The position numbers and the translations under genes were made by a program. From contig JACRKZ010000087.1 in assembly GCA_016235455.1 (NCBI GenBank), forward strand, positions 1-49,402: 49,402 nucleotides of DNA, given 5' to 3'. The notes under the pieces are model-generated. The model saw only the letters and a program-made list of their open reading frames with translations. It made no database searches and was not told the origin of the DNA. The stretch comes from Armatimonadota bacterium (GTDB lineage Bacteria > Armatimonadota > UBA10988). Shown here piece by piece: positions 18,012 through 27,332 of the stretch (its first letter is position 1; every line of letters starts with the position of its first letter).

Positions 18012-19676
18012 TCAATCTTGTCGAATATTACCTTTCCAGACAGTCACGATCCGCGAAGGTTGCGACAGCATGCCACTTTTTCTAAGTGCCGCCGCATCGG
18101 ACGCTGAGATGGCCACTCTCTGGCGCGCGCCCTGACCTTCCTTGGCCACAAAGTCGATGGCCAGCGGCCGGATAACCAGGGGCTCGGACCGGCCATTGCG
18201 CTGCATTTCGGTGCTGGCGCGCGCGGCGGCCATGCTGGGCAGGCGCACCACGCCGATGGTGGCGATACGGGGGCCGGTGACCGATCCGACGTGCAAGTCG
18301 TAGCTGCCGGGGTAGTGGTGCCACAGTAGGGCCATCGTATCGACGATGACGCCCGTCGGGCCGCCGCCCTCGTTGCCGCGTCGCGTGGCGACCGCCGTGC
18401 CCGCGCCGCCGCCACCGTTCTGGCCGCCGGGCTGGCCGCCACCACCGCCACCGGGCTTGAGGCCCGGCGAGATGTTGCCGCGCGCGTCGGCCGGGTCGAT
18501 GTCGACCGGCGCGCCGCCGGGGCCGGCCGCGCGCGCGCCGGGCCGCACCGCAACCACGTTGGGCAGGCCGCGGCCGATCTGCGCCAGCACGCTGGGCAGC
18601 CCCGTCGTCGTCGCCGGCGTCAAGCTGGTCAGACTGCCGCCGGGCATGCCCGAGCCGCCGCCGAACGGCGCGAACCCGGTGCCACCACCGCCCGTGCCGC
18701 CAGGACCCGGGCCGATGGCTGTACCGCCGGGCACGCCGGTGTTGATGACCATGCCGCTGCCGCCGCCACCGCGCGAGTAATCGCGCGGCGCGCCGGCCAG
18801 GGCGATCTGACCGCCGCCACCCAGGCCCACCAGGGCCGCGGTGCCGCCGCCGCCGCCACTGCTGCCGATCGGGTCGACCGGCATGCCGGGGATGGTCAGG
18901 CCGCCGCGCAGCGTGGGCAGGCCCTTGCCGCCGGCATACGACAGGCGGTAGCCGTCGGTGGTGGGCGAGAGCGGCTTGGTCCAGCCATTGGCGGTCCGGG
19001 GAGCAATCTCATTGGGGTTGTCACCGCTGCCGGCCACGCCCGCCAGCGGCGAGTTGCCCAGGGCTGGCGCGGTCGGCGTGCCGCCGCGCTCACCCAGTCC
19101 GGGGAACAGTACCGGCGGGCCCGGCCGCCACATGGCCACGCCCACGCGCGGGGCGGAACTCAGCCCACTCGGGCCGCCCAGGGCGGGTACTCCCGTGGGG
19201 CCGTTGGGGGTGCCGGGCTCCATGGCCAACGCCGTGAGCGGGTCACCGGCGCCTGCCTTGGGCCCCTGCGGCACCGCGCGCGTGCCGTCGCCGCCGGTCG
19301 GGCCGAGCGGCGCGCCGGCCCTGCCCCGGTCTGCCGGCTTCCAGGCGCTGCTGACCGCGGGCGCATTGGCGCCGGGCCGGCCGGCTGGCCGGCTGCTGTT
19401 GCCGACGCGCGCGACCTTGAGGGCACTGGTGCTGGCGCGGGGACGAGGTGGCACAATGGCCGGCCTGGTGGTCGGCGCGGGCAGCGGCGTGGCCACCGGA
19501 ATGGGTGTGGCCCGCGTGATGGCGTCCTGGACGGCCATGCCGCTCAGGCGTCGCACGGTCATCGTCGGCTTGGCGTCAATGTCCACCCGGATCGGCTGGA
19601 GCCCGGCGAACAGAGCCACGTTGATACAGACCGACATGGCCAGGCTGGGGCCAAAAGGAAGCTGCCGTCGTCGCAT
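18012..19676 (-). CDS. Membrane-anchored Gly/Pro-rich hypothetical protein
   Basis: 554 aa with high-GC3 codons. One N-terminal hydrophobic helix (SLAMSVCINVALFAGL), a long G/P low-complexity region and a ~110-aa non-repetitive C-terminus. Confidence 0.7.
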   Translation of the reverse strand: MRRRQLPFGPSLAMSVCINVALFAGLQPIRVDIDAKPTMTVRRLSGMAVQDAITRATPIPVATPLPAPTTRPAIVPPRPRASTSALKVARVGNSSRPAGRPGANAPAVSSAWKPADRGRAGAPLGPTGGDGTRAVPQGPKAGAGDPLTALAMEPGTPNGPTGVPALGGPSGLSSAPRVGVAMWRPGPPVLFPGLGERGGTPTAPALGNSPLAGVAGSGDNPNEIAPRTANGWTKPLSPTTDGYRLSYAGGKGLPTLRGGLTIPGMPVDPIGSSGGGGGTAALVGLGGGGQIALAGAPRDYSRGGGGSGMVINTGVPGGTAIGPGPGGTGGGGTGFAPFGGGSGMPGGSLTSLTPATTTGLPSVLAQIGRGLPNVVAVRPGARAAGPGGAPVDIDPADARGNISPGLKPGGGGGGQPGGQNGGGGAGTAVATRRGNEGGGPTGVIVDTMALLWHHYPGSYDLHVGSVTGPRIATIGVVRLPSMAAARASTEMQRNGRSEPLVIRPLAIDFVAKEGQGARQRVAISASDAAALRKSGMLSQPSRIVTVWKGNIRQD

Positions 19677-19697
19677 AGCACCCTCTAACTCTGGGGC

Positions 19698-19726
19698 TTA
19701 GACAGCGCTGGGAGCGGGTTTGTTCA
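19698..19726 (-). promoter_or_regulatory. Possible ECF (sigmaE-like) promoter of the Gly/Pro-rich protein gene
   Basis: Minus strand reads TGAACAA-N16-GTCTAA. It overlaps the near-palindrome GGTTTGT-TCATG-ACAAACC. Confidence 0.45.
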
Positions 19727-19856
19727 TGACAAACCGGGGAGTCCGATCGCCTGCTCGGGCAGTGCCGCGTCTGGCGCCCAACGGGGGCGCCAGCGCCCTC
19801 GCTGTCGCGCTTCGCGTGCGTGCGAGTGAGCCGCGCTCCCCACGCCGACGCGTCGT

Positions 19857-19885
19857 TTGACGCTCGCCGAGGGCCATGCTACAGT
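19857..19885 (+). promoter_or_regulatory. sigma70 promoter of the fhaA-pknB operon (probably leaderless)
   Basis: TTGACG, 17 bp, TACAGT with an extended TG. ATG lies 7 nt after the -10 and there is no RBS. Confidence 0.7.
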
Positions 19886-19892
19886 GCCTACA

Positions 19893-20543
19893 ATGGGCCT
19901 ACTCAAGCGGTTGGAAGCTGGTTTGGAGCGGGTCATCGACGGCCTCAGCGCGCGCGCCTTTCGGGGTCGGCTGAGCGAGGCGCAGTTGCTGCGCCAGGTG
20001 GCCGAGGCGGTGGCGCAGGTGCCCGTGCCCGGCGCGTCGGCGCAGGTGGCCAACACCTACCGCATCGGCCTGCATCCCGACGATCTGCCCACCTTCGCCG
20101 CCAACCTGGAGCGGCTGCGCGACCGTTGCGCCGAGGCTGTGCGCGGCTCGGCCCGCACGCGCGGCTGGGTGCGGCCGTTGGGCCTGGAGATCGCCATCGC
20201 CGAGGACCCGACGGCGCTGCCGGGCGAGGCGCGGGTGGCGGCGGCCTACGAGCCCCGGCCGCCACGCGTTGAGTTGGTCAACGCACAGAGCGGGCGCCGG
20301 GTCAGTCTGGGCGCGGAGCCGCTGGTGGTCGGGCGCGAGCCGTCGTGCGGGCTGTGTCTGCCCAATGAGGGCGTATCTCGCCAGCACGCGCGTATAGAGC
20401 TCAGCGGCGGTGACTACGTGGTGACTGACCTGCGCAGTGCCAACGGCACGCAGGTCAATGGCGCGCGCGTGGTGTCGGCTCCGCTGCGCGATGGTGACCA
20501 CGTGGGCTTTGGGCCCGCTGTGTTCGTGTTCACGGTGAACTGA
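19893..20543 (+). CDS. fhaA: FhaA-like protein (DUF3662 domain plus FHA)
   Basis: N-terminal LKRLE..LER.IDG..ARAF..ANTY.I.LHPDD; FHA motifs VGR..VSRQHA..DLRSANGTQVNG. Confidence 0.85.
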   Translation: MGLLKRLEAGLERVIDGLSARAFRGRLSEAQLLRQVAEAVAQVPVPGASAQVANTYRIGLHPDDLPTFAANLERLRDRCAEAVRGSARTRGWVRPLGLEIAIAEDPTALPGEARVAAAYEPRPPRVELVNAQSGRRVSLGAEPLVVGREPSCGLCLPNEGVSRQHARIELSGGDYVVTDLRSANGTQVNGARVVSAPLRDGDHVGFGPAVFVFTVN

Positions 20544-20980
20544 TGCCACTCGAAGCTGCGCTGGCCGCGGGCCGCTATCTGTTTCTGGGTCTGCTGACGC
20601 TGCTGCTCTGGCAGCTCTATCAGGTCGTGCAGCGCGACCTGCGCGCCGTGCGGCGCGCGGCCATGGCCGAGACCGCGCCGGCCCAGGCGCCGCGCGAGCC
20701 GCGGCTGGTGGTCGAGCGCGGACCTAGCCAGGGCCAGGCCTGGTTGTTGCGCAATCCCGTGACCATCGGTCGCTCCGAAGGCAACGACCTGCGGCTGGAG
20801 GACCAGTTCGCCAGTTCGCACCATGCGCGCGTCTATCTCGATGGTCAGACCGTGGTGGTGGAGGATCTGGGCAGCACCAACGGCACCGTGGTCAATGGCG
20901 GGCGCATCGTCGGCGCCGTGGCGGTGACCGCCGGCGCGCGCATCGAGATCGGCGGCACGACGCTGCGAGTGGAGGCCTGA
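20543..20980 (+). CDS. fhaB: FhaB-like membrane-anchored FHA protein
   Basis: N-terminal TM (RYLFLGLLTLLLW..RDLR); FHA motifs IGRS..ASSHHA..EDLGSTNGT. Confidence 0.85.
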   Translation: MPLEAALAAGRYLFLGLLTLLLWQLYQVVQRDLRAVRRAAMAETAPAQAPREPRLVVERGPSQGQAWLLRNPVTIGRSEGNDLRLEDQFASSHHARVYLDGQTVVVEDLGSTNGTVVNGGRIVGAVAVTAGARIEIGGTTLRVEA

Positions 20981-20983
20981 GCC

Positions 20984-22282
20984 GTGGGTCGAGCGCGCGA
21001 GCGAGGGCTGCTGCTGACCGCGCTGTTGGTCGGCCTGACCGGGTCGGCCTTGGTGGCCGTCGTGCATGGCGGTACGTTCGATCCCCAGCAGGCGGACAGC
21101 CTGCCGCGCCAGGCCATCGTCTGGGCCCAGTTGGCGGTGGCCGCGTTCGGCTGCCATTTCGTGCTGGCTCGCCGGGGCTCCGATGCCGACGAGACGCTGC
21201 TGCCGGTGAGCATGGCCCTGACCGGCGTGGGGCTGACGGTCATCTACAGTCTCGATCCGGCCCAGGCGCAGCGCCAGGTGACCTGGCTGTGGCTGGCGTT
21301 GGGTGTGCTGCTGCTCACGGTCATCCGCCTGGTCGACGTGGCCAAGCTGCGTGAGTACGTCTATGTGTGGGGCGCCGGCACGGCCGGCCTGCTGCTGCTG
21401 CCCATCCTGTTTGCCAAGGAGGTCAACGGCGCGCGGCTGTGGATCGACCTGGGCGTGTTCAAGCTCCAGCCGAGCGAGTTGGCCAAGCTGACGCTGGTCA
21501 TGTTCCTGGCCGCCTACCTGAGCAGCGCGCGCGGCGCGGCCATCGCCGAGGCCGACTGGCGCCCGCTCGGGTTGCGGCTTCCCAGCCCGCGCTACCTGGT
21601 GCCGCTGCTGGTCATGTGGGTGGCCGCCATGGTGCTGCTGGTGGCGCTGCGCGACCTGGGCACGGCGCTGCTGTTCTTTGGCACGTTCATCTGCGTGATC
21701 TACGCGGCGACGGCGCAGCCCGGCTATCTGGTGTTCGGCGCCATCAGCTTCACGTGCGGCGCCTGGGCCGCGGCGCAGATGTTCGGCCATGTGCGCAACC
21801 GCATCCAGGCCTGGCTCAACCCGTGGCCCGAGGAGGTACTGGCCAAGTCGGGCTATCAGGTCGCTCAAGGCCTGTTCGCCATCGCCGCGGGCGGCATGGG
21901 TGGCGTGGGCCTGGGCATGAGCCAGATGGTCAACCCGTTCACCGGGCGCACTGTCTTCGCCGCTACCACCGACCTGCCCTTCGCCGCGCTGTGCGAGCAG
22001 ATGGGCCTGTGGGGCGCCGCGCTGGTGGTCGCGCTGTACGGCTTCTGGGTCTACCGCGCGCTGCGCGTGTCGCTCAGTCAGCCAGACAACTTCCGCGCGC
22101 TGCTGGCACTGGGCCTGGGCGTGCTCATGGCGGTGCAGGTGTTCGTCATCATGGGCGGTGTGACCAAGCTTATCCCGCTCACGGGCATCACACTGCCGTT
22201 CATCAGCTACGGCGGCAGCAGCCTGATCAGCAACTTCCTCATGCTGGGCCTGCTTCTGCGTTGCAGCGAGGGCCAGCGATGA
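20984..22282 (+). CDS. rodA: SEDS family peptidoglycan glycosyltransferase RodA/FtsW
   Basis: NGARLWI..QPSELAK, DLGTAL, GYQVAQGL..GG, PLTGITLPFISYGGSS. Confidence 0.93.
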   Translation: MGRARERGLLLTALLVGLTGSALVAVVHGGTFDPQQADSLPRQAIVWAQLAVAAFGCHFVLARRGSDADETLLPVSMALTGVGLTVIYSLDPAQAQRQVTWLWLALGVLLLTVIRLVDVAKLREYVYVWGAGTAGLLLLPILFAKEVNGARLWIDLGVFKLQPSELAKLTLVMFLAAYLSSARGAAIAEADWRPLGLRLPSPRYLVPLLVMWVAAMVLLVALRDLGTALLFFGTFICVIYAATAQPGYLVFGAISFTCGAWAAAQMFGHVRNRIQAWLNPWPEEVLAKSGYQVAQGLFAIAAGGMGGVGLGMSQMVNPFTGRTVFAATTDLPFAALCEQMGLWGAALVVALYGFWVYRALRVSLSQPDNFRALLALGLGVLMAVQVFVIMGGVTKLIPLTGITLPFISYGGSSLISNFLMLGLLLRCSEGQR

Positions 22283-23754
22283 ACCTGCACGAGACCGCGC
22301 CGCGGCTGCTGCGCCTGTTCATCGCCGGGTTCGCGCTGGTCCTGGTGCAGGTGGGCTACTGGACGCTCTACCGCGGTGCGGAGATGGCCAACCACCAGCG
22401 CAATCCGCGCTACTGGACGCGCGTGCGCAGCGTCGAGCGCGGGCGCATTCTGGACAGCCACGGCCAGACGCTGGCCGAGAGCGTGCTCGACACCGAGCCG
22501 GCCAAGAAGGCCGACGACGACCTGCCCAGCGCCCTACGCCGGCATCTCTTCCGGCGGCGCTACCCCCAGGGCGACCTGCTGTCGCATGTGGTCGGCTACA
22601 GCGACTGGCGCCAGGGCCAGTCCGGCGTGGAGAGCGCGCTGAGCAGCTACCTCACGCCGCCCCAGGCGCTGGCCATGCCGCGCAGCTTCTGGGAACTGCT
22701 GTCGCCGCCGCCGCGCCGTGGCGACGACGTGGTGCTGACGCTCGATGCCTCGCTGCAGAAGACCGCCGCGCTGGCGCTGGGCAACCGCGCGGGCGCCGTG
22801 GTGGCCGTGGACGTCCAGACCGGCGCCGTGCTGTGCATGGCCGACTACCCGCGGTTCGACCCGTCGAGCGTGAGCGACGGCAAGGCGTGGGCCAAGCTGA
22901 TCGGCAACAAGGAGGACTATCCGCTGCTGCCGCGGGCCTATGCCGGGCTGTACCCGCCGGGCAGCACGTTCAAGGTGCTGACCGCCGCGGCGGCGCTGCA
23001 GGCGGGCACGGCGACGCCGCAATCCACGTATCAGTGTGATGGCACGGACAAGCTGGGGCACTCCACGGTGAAGTGCGACAAGCGCTCGGGCCACGGCCAG
23101 ATCACGCTTGAGCGCGGCATCGCGCAGTCGTGCAACATCGCCCTGGCGCGCGTGGCATTGGACCTGGGCGCCTCGGCTTGGGAACAGACGGTGTTGGCCA
23201 CGGGCATCACGCAACGGCCGGCACTGTTCCGGCCGGGCACGGGCACGGCGCTGGTGCCGCCCGGCAAGGTGCCCACCGGTGCCGCGCTGGACGGTCCGCA
23301 GTTGGCGGCTTGTGGCTATGGCCAGGGCGCGCTGGCGGTGACACCGCTGTACCTGGCCGGCATGGGGCAGATGCTGGGCAATGGTGGGCTGCGCCATGAG
23401 CCGTACCTGGTGGACCGCATCACCGGCTCGGACGGCAGCGTGCTCTACAAGGGCGCGCCCGACGCGGGCAACCTGGTGGTCTCGGCGTCGGCGGCGCGTG
23501 CCACGCTGGCCATGATGGCCAAGGTGTTCGAGTCCGGCGGCACGGCGGCCGGACTGTCGCGCGGCATGGACCTGGCAGGCAAGACCGGTAGTGCGCAGAA
23601 TCCGCATGGTCAGGCGCACAGCTGGTTCTTGGCCGTGGGTCCGGCGCGGAACCCGCGCGTGGCCGTGGCCGTGGTGGTCGAAAACGCCGGCTGGGGCCGT
23701 GTGGCGGCTGGTCCGGTGGCGGTACAGGTGATGCGCGCGGCGCTCGGCCGTTAG
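22279..23754 (+). CDS. pbpA: Class B penicillin-binding protein PbpA (transpeptidase)
   Basis: Real start is ATG 22279 (ATGA overlap with rodA). RGRILD, YPPGSTFK (SxxK), SCN (SxN) and GKTGSA (KTG). Confidence 0.93.
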   Translation: MNLHETAPRLLRLFIAGFALVLVQVGYWTLYRGAEMANHQRNPRYWTRVRSVERGRILDSHGQTLAESVLDTEPAKKADDDLPSALRRHLFRRRYPQGDLLSHVVGYSDWRQGQSGVESALSSYLTPPQALAMPRSFWELLSPPPRRGDDVVLTLDASLQKTAALALGNRAGAVVAVDVQTGAVLCMADYPRFDPSSVSDGKAWAKLIGNKEDYPLLPRAYAGLYPPGSTFKVLTAAAALQAGTATPQSTYQCDGTDKLGHSTVKCDKRSGHGQITLERGIAQSCNIALARVALDLGASAWEQTVLATGITQRPALFRPGTGTALVPPGKVPTGAALDGPQLAACGYGQGALAVTPLYLAGMGQMLGNGGLRHEPYLVDRITGSDGSVLYKGAPDAGNLVVSASAARATLAMMAKVFESGGTAAGLSRGMDLAGKTGSAQNPHGQAHSWFLAVGPARNPRVAVAVVVENAGWGRVAAGPVAVQVMRAALGR

Positions 23755-23820
23755 GCCGAGCGGTGCTCGGCCCAGCGGCGGCGCTGACAGGCGGTAGGCT
23801 GGTGTGGTAAGGTGGCAGGC

Positions 23821-25644
23821 ATGTCACAAGCGATGATACTGAGTGGGCGCTATCAGGTCGGCCAGCGGCTGGGCGAAGGCGGCATGGCCATTGTCTTTTC
23901 GGGTACCGACCTGAAGCTGCAGCGGCCGGTCGCCATCAAGATGCTGCGACCGCACCTGGCCGGCGACGCCGAGCTGGTGGCACGCTTCAACCAGGAGGCG
24001 CAGGCCGCCGCGGGCCTCAATCACCCCAACATCGCCGCGGTCTACGACACGGGGCAGGATGCCGGCCGGCGCTACATCATCATGGAGTTGCTGCCCAACA
24101 TCACGCTCAAGCAGCGCATTGTCGAGAGCCGCACCGGCCGTCTGGCGCCCGACGAAGCCATGGGCATCGCCATCGAGGTCGGGCACGCCCTGGCCGCCGC
24201 CCACGCCCATGGGGTCGTGCATCGCGACATCAAGCCGGCCAACATCCTGTTCACCGCCGACGGCCACGTGAAGGTCACCGACTTCGGCATCGCCCGCGCC
24301 TTGGCGCAGACCACCGGCACGGCGACCGGCACCATCCTGGGCTCGCCGCACTACCTGTCGCCCGAGCAGGCGCGCGGTCAGGCCTCGGGTCCGCGCAGCG
24401 ACGTCTACTCGCTGGGTGTGATGCTCTACGAGATGCTCACCGGCCGCACGCCTTACGAGGGCGAGACGCCCGTGGCCATCGCGCTGCAGCATGTGCAGGG
24501 CACGCCGCCGCCGATCCGCTCGGTGGTGCTCGGGGTGCCGGCGCCGCTGGAGGCGGTGGTGGCCAGAGCCATGGCTCGCGAGCCAGAAGCGCGGTTCGGC
24601 ACGGCCAACGAGTTGGTCGCGGCGCTGGAGGCGGTCCGCGCCGGCCTACCCGCGCCGGTGGGCGTGGCGGCCACGCAGGCCTTCGCGCCACCGCCCATGG
24701 ATGCCACCATGGTCATGCCGGCCGTGTCGGCTCCGGCCGGCTACCCGGACCAACCCACGCCGTACATCCCTGTTCAGGAGCGAGGCGGCGGCGACAATCG
24801 CCTGCTGATCATCGGTCTGGCGATCTTCCTCGCCGTCGTCGGCGGACTCACCGTCGGCGTGATGCTCGTGCCGCACGGCGACATGAGCACGGGCGGCACC
24901 GTCACGGGTAGCGCCACGCCGACGCGCAAGCAGATCGTGGTGGAGGACCTGACCGGCAAGGACGCCGAGATGGAACGCGCTCGCCTGGAAGAGCAGTGCA
25001 GAAGCCAGAAGATCCAGCCGCCGCAGGTGCTGGAGATGGGCCAGGAGGACAGTCCGCTGGAGCTTGGTCGCATCACCCGCCAGGAGCCCGCGGCCGGCAC
25101 GAGCATCGACGAGGGCGGCATCATCCGCGTATGGATCAGCACCGGCTTCGAGCGCGTCGACGTACCCGACGTCTTGGGCCTGTCGGTGGCCGACGCCCAG
25201 CAGATGATCACGGGTAAGGGCCTGACCGTCGGCCAGGTCAAGGACGACTACAGCAGCGACTACAACGAGGGCTTCGTCGCCTCGCAAAACCCGGCGCCGC
25301 GGACCAAGGTGCGGGCCAACACGCCGGTCACACTGGTCGTCTCCAAGGGACCCAAACCGCCAGACCCCAACAAGGACAAGCCCAAGGTCCTTCCGCCGGA
25401 CATCACCGTGACGCCCATGGAGCAGCTCGATACTGGCCAGAAGAAGACCCACGTCAAGGTCACGCTGCCCGACGGGTCAGCCGATGCCCGCGTGGAGTTG
25501 CGCTGGCTGGAGGGCGCCCACGGCAGTCCTGGCGGCGGCACGGTCAGCCCCAGCAACGACTTCGAGGCCGAGGTGCGTGGCGATGCCGGCTCCAAGCTTG
25601 GCGTTTTCGTCAACGACAAGGAGCAGAAGGTCATCAACTTCTGA
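23821..25644 (+). CDS. pknB: PASTA-domain Ser/Thr protein kinase PknB/PrkC
   Basis: GEGGMA.V, VAIK, HRDIKPAN, VTDFG and SPEQ motifs, one TM segment, two PASTA-like repeats (VEDLTG.., VPDVLG..) and a C-terminal beta domain. Confidence 0.93.
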   Translation: MSQAMILSGRYQVGQRLGEGGMAIVFSGTDLKLQRPVAIKMLRPHLAGDAELVARFNQEAQAAAGLNHPNIAAVYDTGQDAGRRYIIMELLPNITLKQRIVESRTGRLAPDEAMGIAIEVGHALAAAHAHGVVHRDIKPANILFTADGHVKVTDFGIARALAQTTGTATGTILGSPHYLSPEQARGQASGPRSDVYSLGVMLYEMLTGRTPYEGETPVAIALQHVQGTPPPIRSVVLGVPAPLEAVVARAMAREPEARFGTANELVAALEAVRAGLPAPVGVAATQAFAPPPMDATMVMPAVSAPAGYPDQPTPYIPVQERGGGDNRLLIIGLAIFLAVVGGLTVGVMLVPHGDMSTGGTVTGSATPTRKQIVVEDLTGKDAEMERARLEEQCRSQKIQPPQVLEMGQEDSPLELGRITRQEPAAGTSIDEGGIIRVWISTGFERVDVPDVLGLSVADAQQMITGKGLTVGQVKDDYSSDYNEGFVASQNPAPRTKVRANTPVTLVVSKGPKPPDPNKDKPKVLPPDITVTPMEQLDTGQKKTHVKVTLPDGSADARVELRWLEGAHGSPGGGTVSPSNDFEAEVRGDAGSKLGVFVNDKEQKVINF

Positions 25645-25691
25645 AGCCAGCGGCGCGCCGCGGCGTTAGGCAGTGGGACAGGACGGACAAG

Positions 25692-27329
25692 ATGAGGAAA
25701 CGAGCGTTGTGCATCGCGGCCCTGGCGGCCGCGCTGCTGGTGGGCTGTGGCGCGGGAGGCACCAGCGACCCGGGCACCACCACCGGCCGCGAAGCCTCGG
25801 GCTACGTGTTCGGCCCGTTGCGTGGCGCGGCGCGGAGCCGGGCGATGGCCGATCAGCAGACGCCGCTCTCGGGTCTGACGATCAACGCCTACCTGCTGCC
25901 TGGCAACGGCTCGATACTGGCCACGGCGACCACCGACTACCTTGGCCGGTTCAGCTTCTCGTCGTCCACGAGCAATGCCTTGCCGGCCAACAAGAGCATC
26001 CTCCTGCTGGCCACGGGTGCCGGCCGTGTGCTGTCGGCGGTGATCAACACCGACGCCGCTACCCAGACGCGCACGCTCACCGAGGCGACCCATATCGCCA
26101 CGCTGGGCATTCGTGACGGCGAGGGTGCCGCGGTCACCGATGCGCGCATTGCCCTGTTCGAGGTCGCCGCTCGGCAGGCGCTGGATACGGCGCTGACCGG
26201 CGCGCCTAACGCGGACTACAGCCAGAGCGGCCAGCAGACCGCCGCCGCGGCCGTGGCCGACAGCGCCCGCTCGTTGGTCACACACGGCAGCGTCACCGCC
26301 AACAGCGCCCCGCTGCTGAGCAACGTGACCGTCACGCCGGCGCAGTTGACCTACACCGGTGGCACGGTGCGCATCGATGCCGACGTGTCCGACCGCGACA
26401 GCGATCCGGTCACCGTGACCGCTCTGCTGTTCACCCAGGCCGGCGCCGCGCCGACCGTGCTGGCGCTCTCCGTGGCCTCGGGCCACGCCGTGGGCAACCT
26501 GAGCCTGGCGGCCAACAACACCGCCGCCTCCAAGCAGTACCAGCTTGTGCTGGTCGCCGACGACGGCATCACGCCGCCCGTGCCCCAAGTCTCGCGTACG
26601 GTCACCGTGCTGCCCGAGGGCAAGGTCAAACTCGACATTCTGGCCGAGACGCTCTACGACGAGGCCGCCTCGCGCGCGGTCAGCCTGAGCGAGTTGCTCG
26701 ACCGCATGAGACCACGCGTCGTGCGCGGCGGCCCGACGCGGGCCGGACGCCAGGTCAATGCCAACCAGAGCATCCGCGGCGCGACGGTGACGGTGGATGA
26801 CGCCGTCGGCGTCAGCGGTGCCACCGGCAGCAATGGCCTGCTGCTGCTCGAGGTGCCCATGAGCGCGATCGCCGATGGCGTGTTGGGCATGCGGGCCAGT
26901 ATCGACAACCGCGTCACCTACCACCAGTACCTGGTCATGCCGCAAGGCGTCTCGCTGCAGGCGGGCGACACCGTGGAGGTCAATCTGGTGCTCGCGCCGC
27001 AGACCGACTGGATCACCTTCGCGGCCAACGCCAACGTGGCCGGCATCAACTTCGCCAAGGTGCCGATCCTGGCCTGCTTCAACGTCCGCTCGGGCATCAG
27101 CCTGACCGGCGTGACGCCGGCCGGCACGCGCTATCGCGCCATCGATACCACCTCCCGCACCGACGACGGTGACTACTTCGCCGCGGGCTTCAACGCGGGC
27201 ACGGCGACGCTGAGCGGCGTCTTCACCGATCCCAGCGACGCCGTGCTGAGCTACGCCTTCGGGCCGGCGCAGTTGGCGCTCACCGCGGGCGAAGTCGGCG
27301 CCATGTCGGCGCTGCTGCCGCCGAGGTAG
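25692..27329 (+). CDS. Lipoprotein with carboxypeptidase-regulatory/Ig-like beta-sandwich domains
   Basis: Lipobox LLVG|C. PLSGLTI..TTDYLGRFSF and SIRGATVTV..TGSNG patterns; NSAP.LSNVTVTP..DRDSDP Ig-like repeat. Confidence 0.75.
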   Translation: MRKRALCIAALAAALLVGCGAGGTSDPGTTTGREASGYVFGPLRGAARSRAMADQQTPLSGLTINAYLLPGNGSILATATTDYLGRFSFSSSTSNALPANKSILLLATGAGRVLSAVINTDAATQTRTLTEATHIATLGIRDGEGAAVTDARIALFEVAARQALDTALTGAPNADYSQSGQQTAAAAVADSARSLVTHGSVTANSAPLLSNVTVTPAQLTYTGGTVRIDADVSDRDSDPVTVTALLFTQAGAAPTVLALSVASGHAVGNLSLAANNTAASKQYQLVLVADDGITPPVPQVSRTVTVLPEGKVKLDILAETLYDEAASRAVSLSELLDRMRPRVVRGGPTRAGRQVNANQSIRGATVTVDDAVGVSGATGSNGLLLLEVPMSAIADGVLGMRASIDNRVTYHQYLVMPQGVSLQAGDTVEVNLVLAPQTDWITFAANANVAGINFAKVPILACFNVRSGISLTGVTPAGTRYRAIDTTSRTDDGDYFAAGFNAGTATLSGVFTDPSDAVLSYAFGPAQLALTAGEVGAMSALLPPR

Positions 27330-27332
27330 CCG

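Noticed and set aside
21367-22278. Apparent 795-aa ORF suggesting a long N-terminal extension of PbpA
   Set aside because: The extension is an off-frame reading of rodA. The real start is ATG 22279, overlapping the rodA stop.
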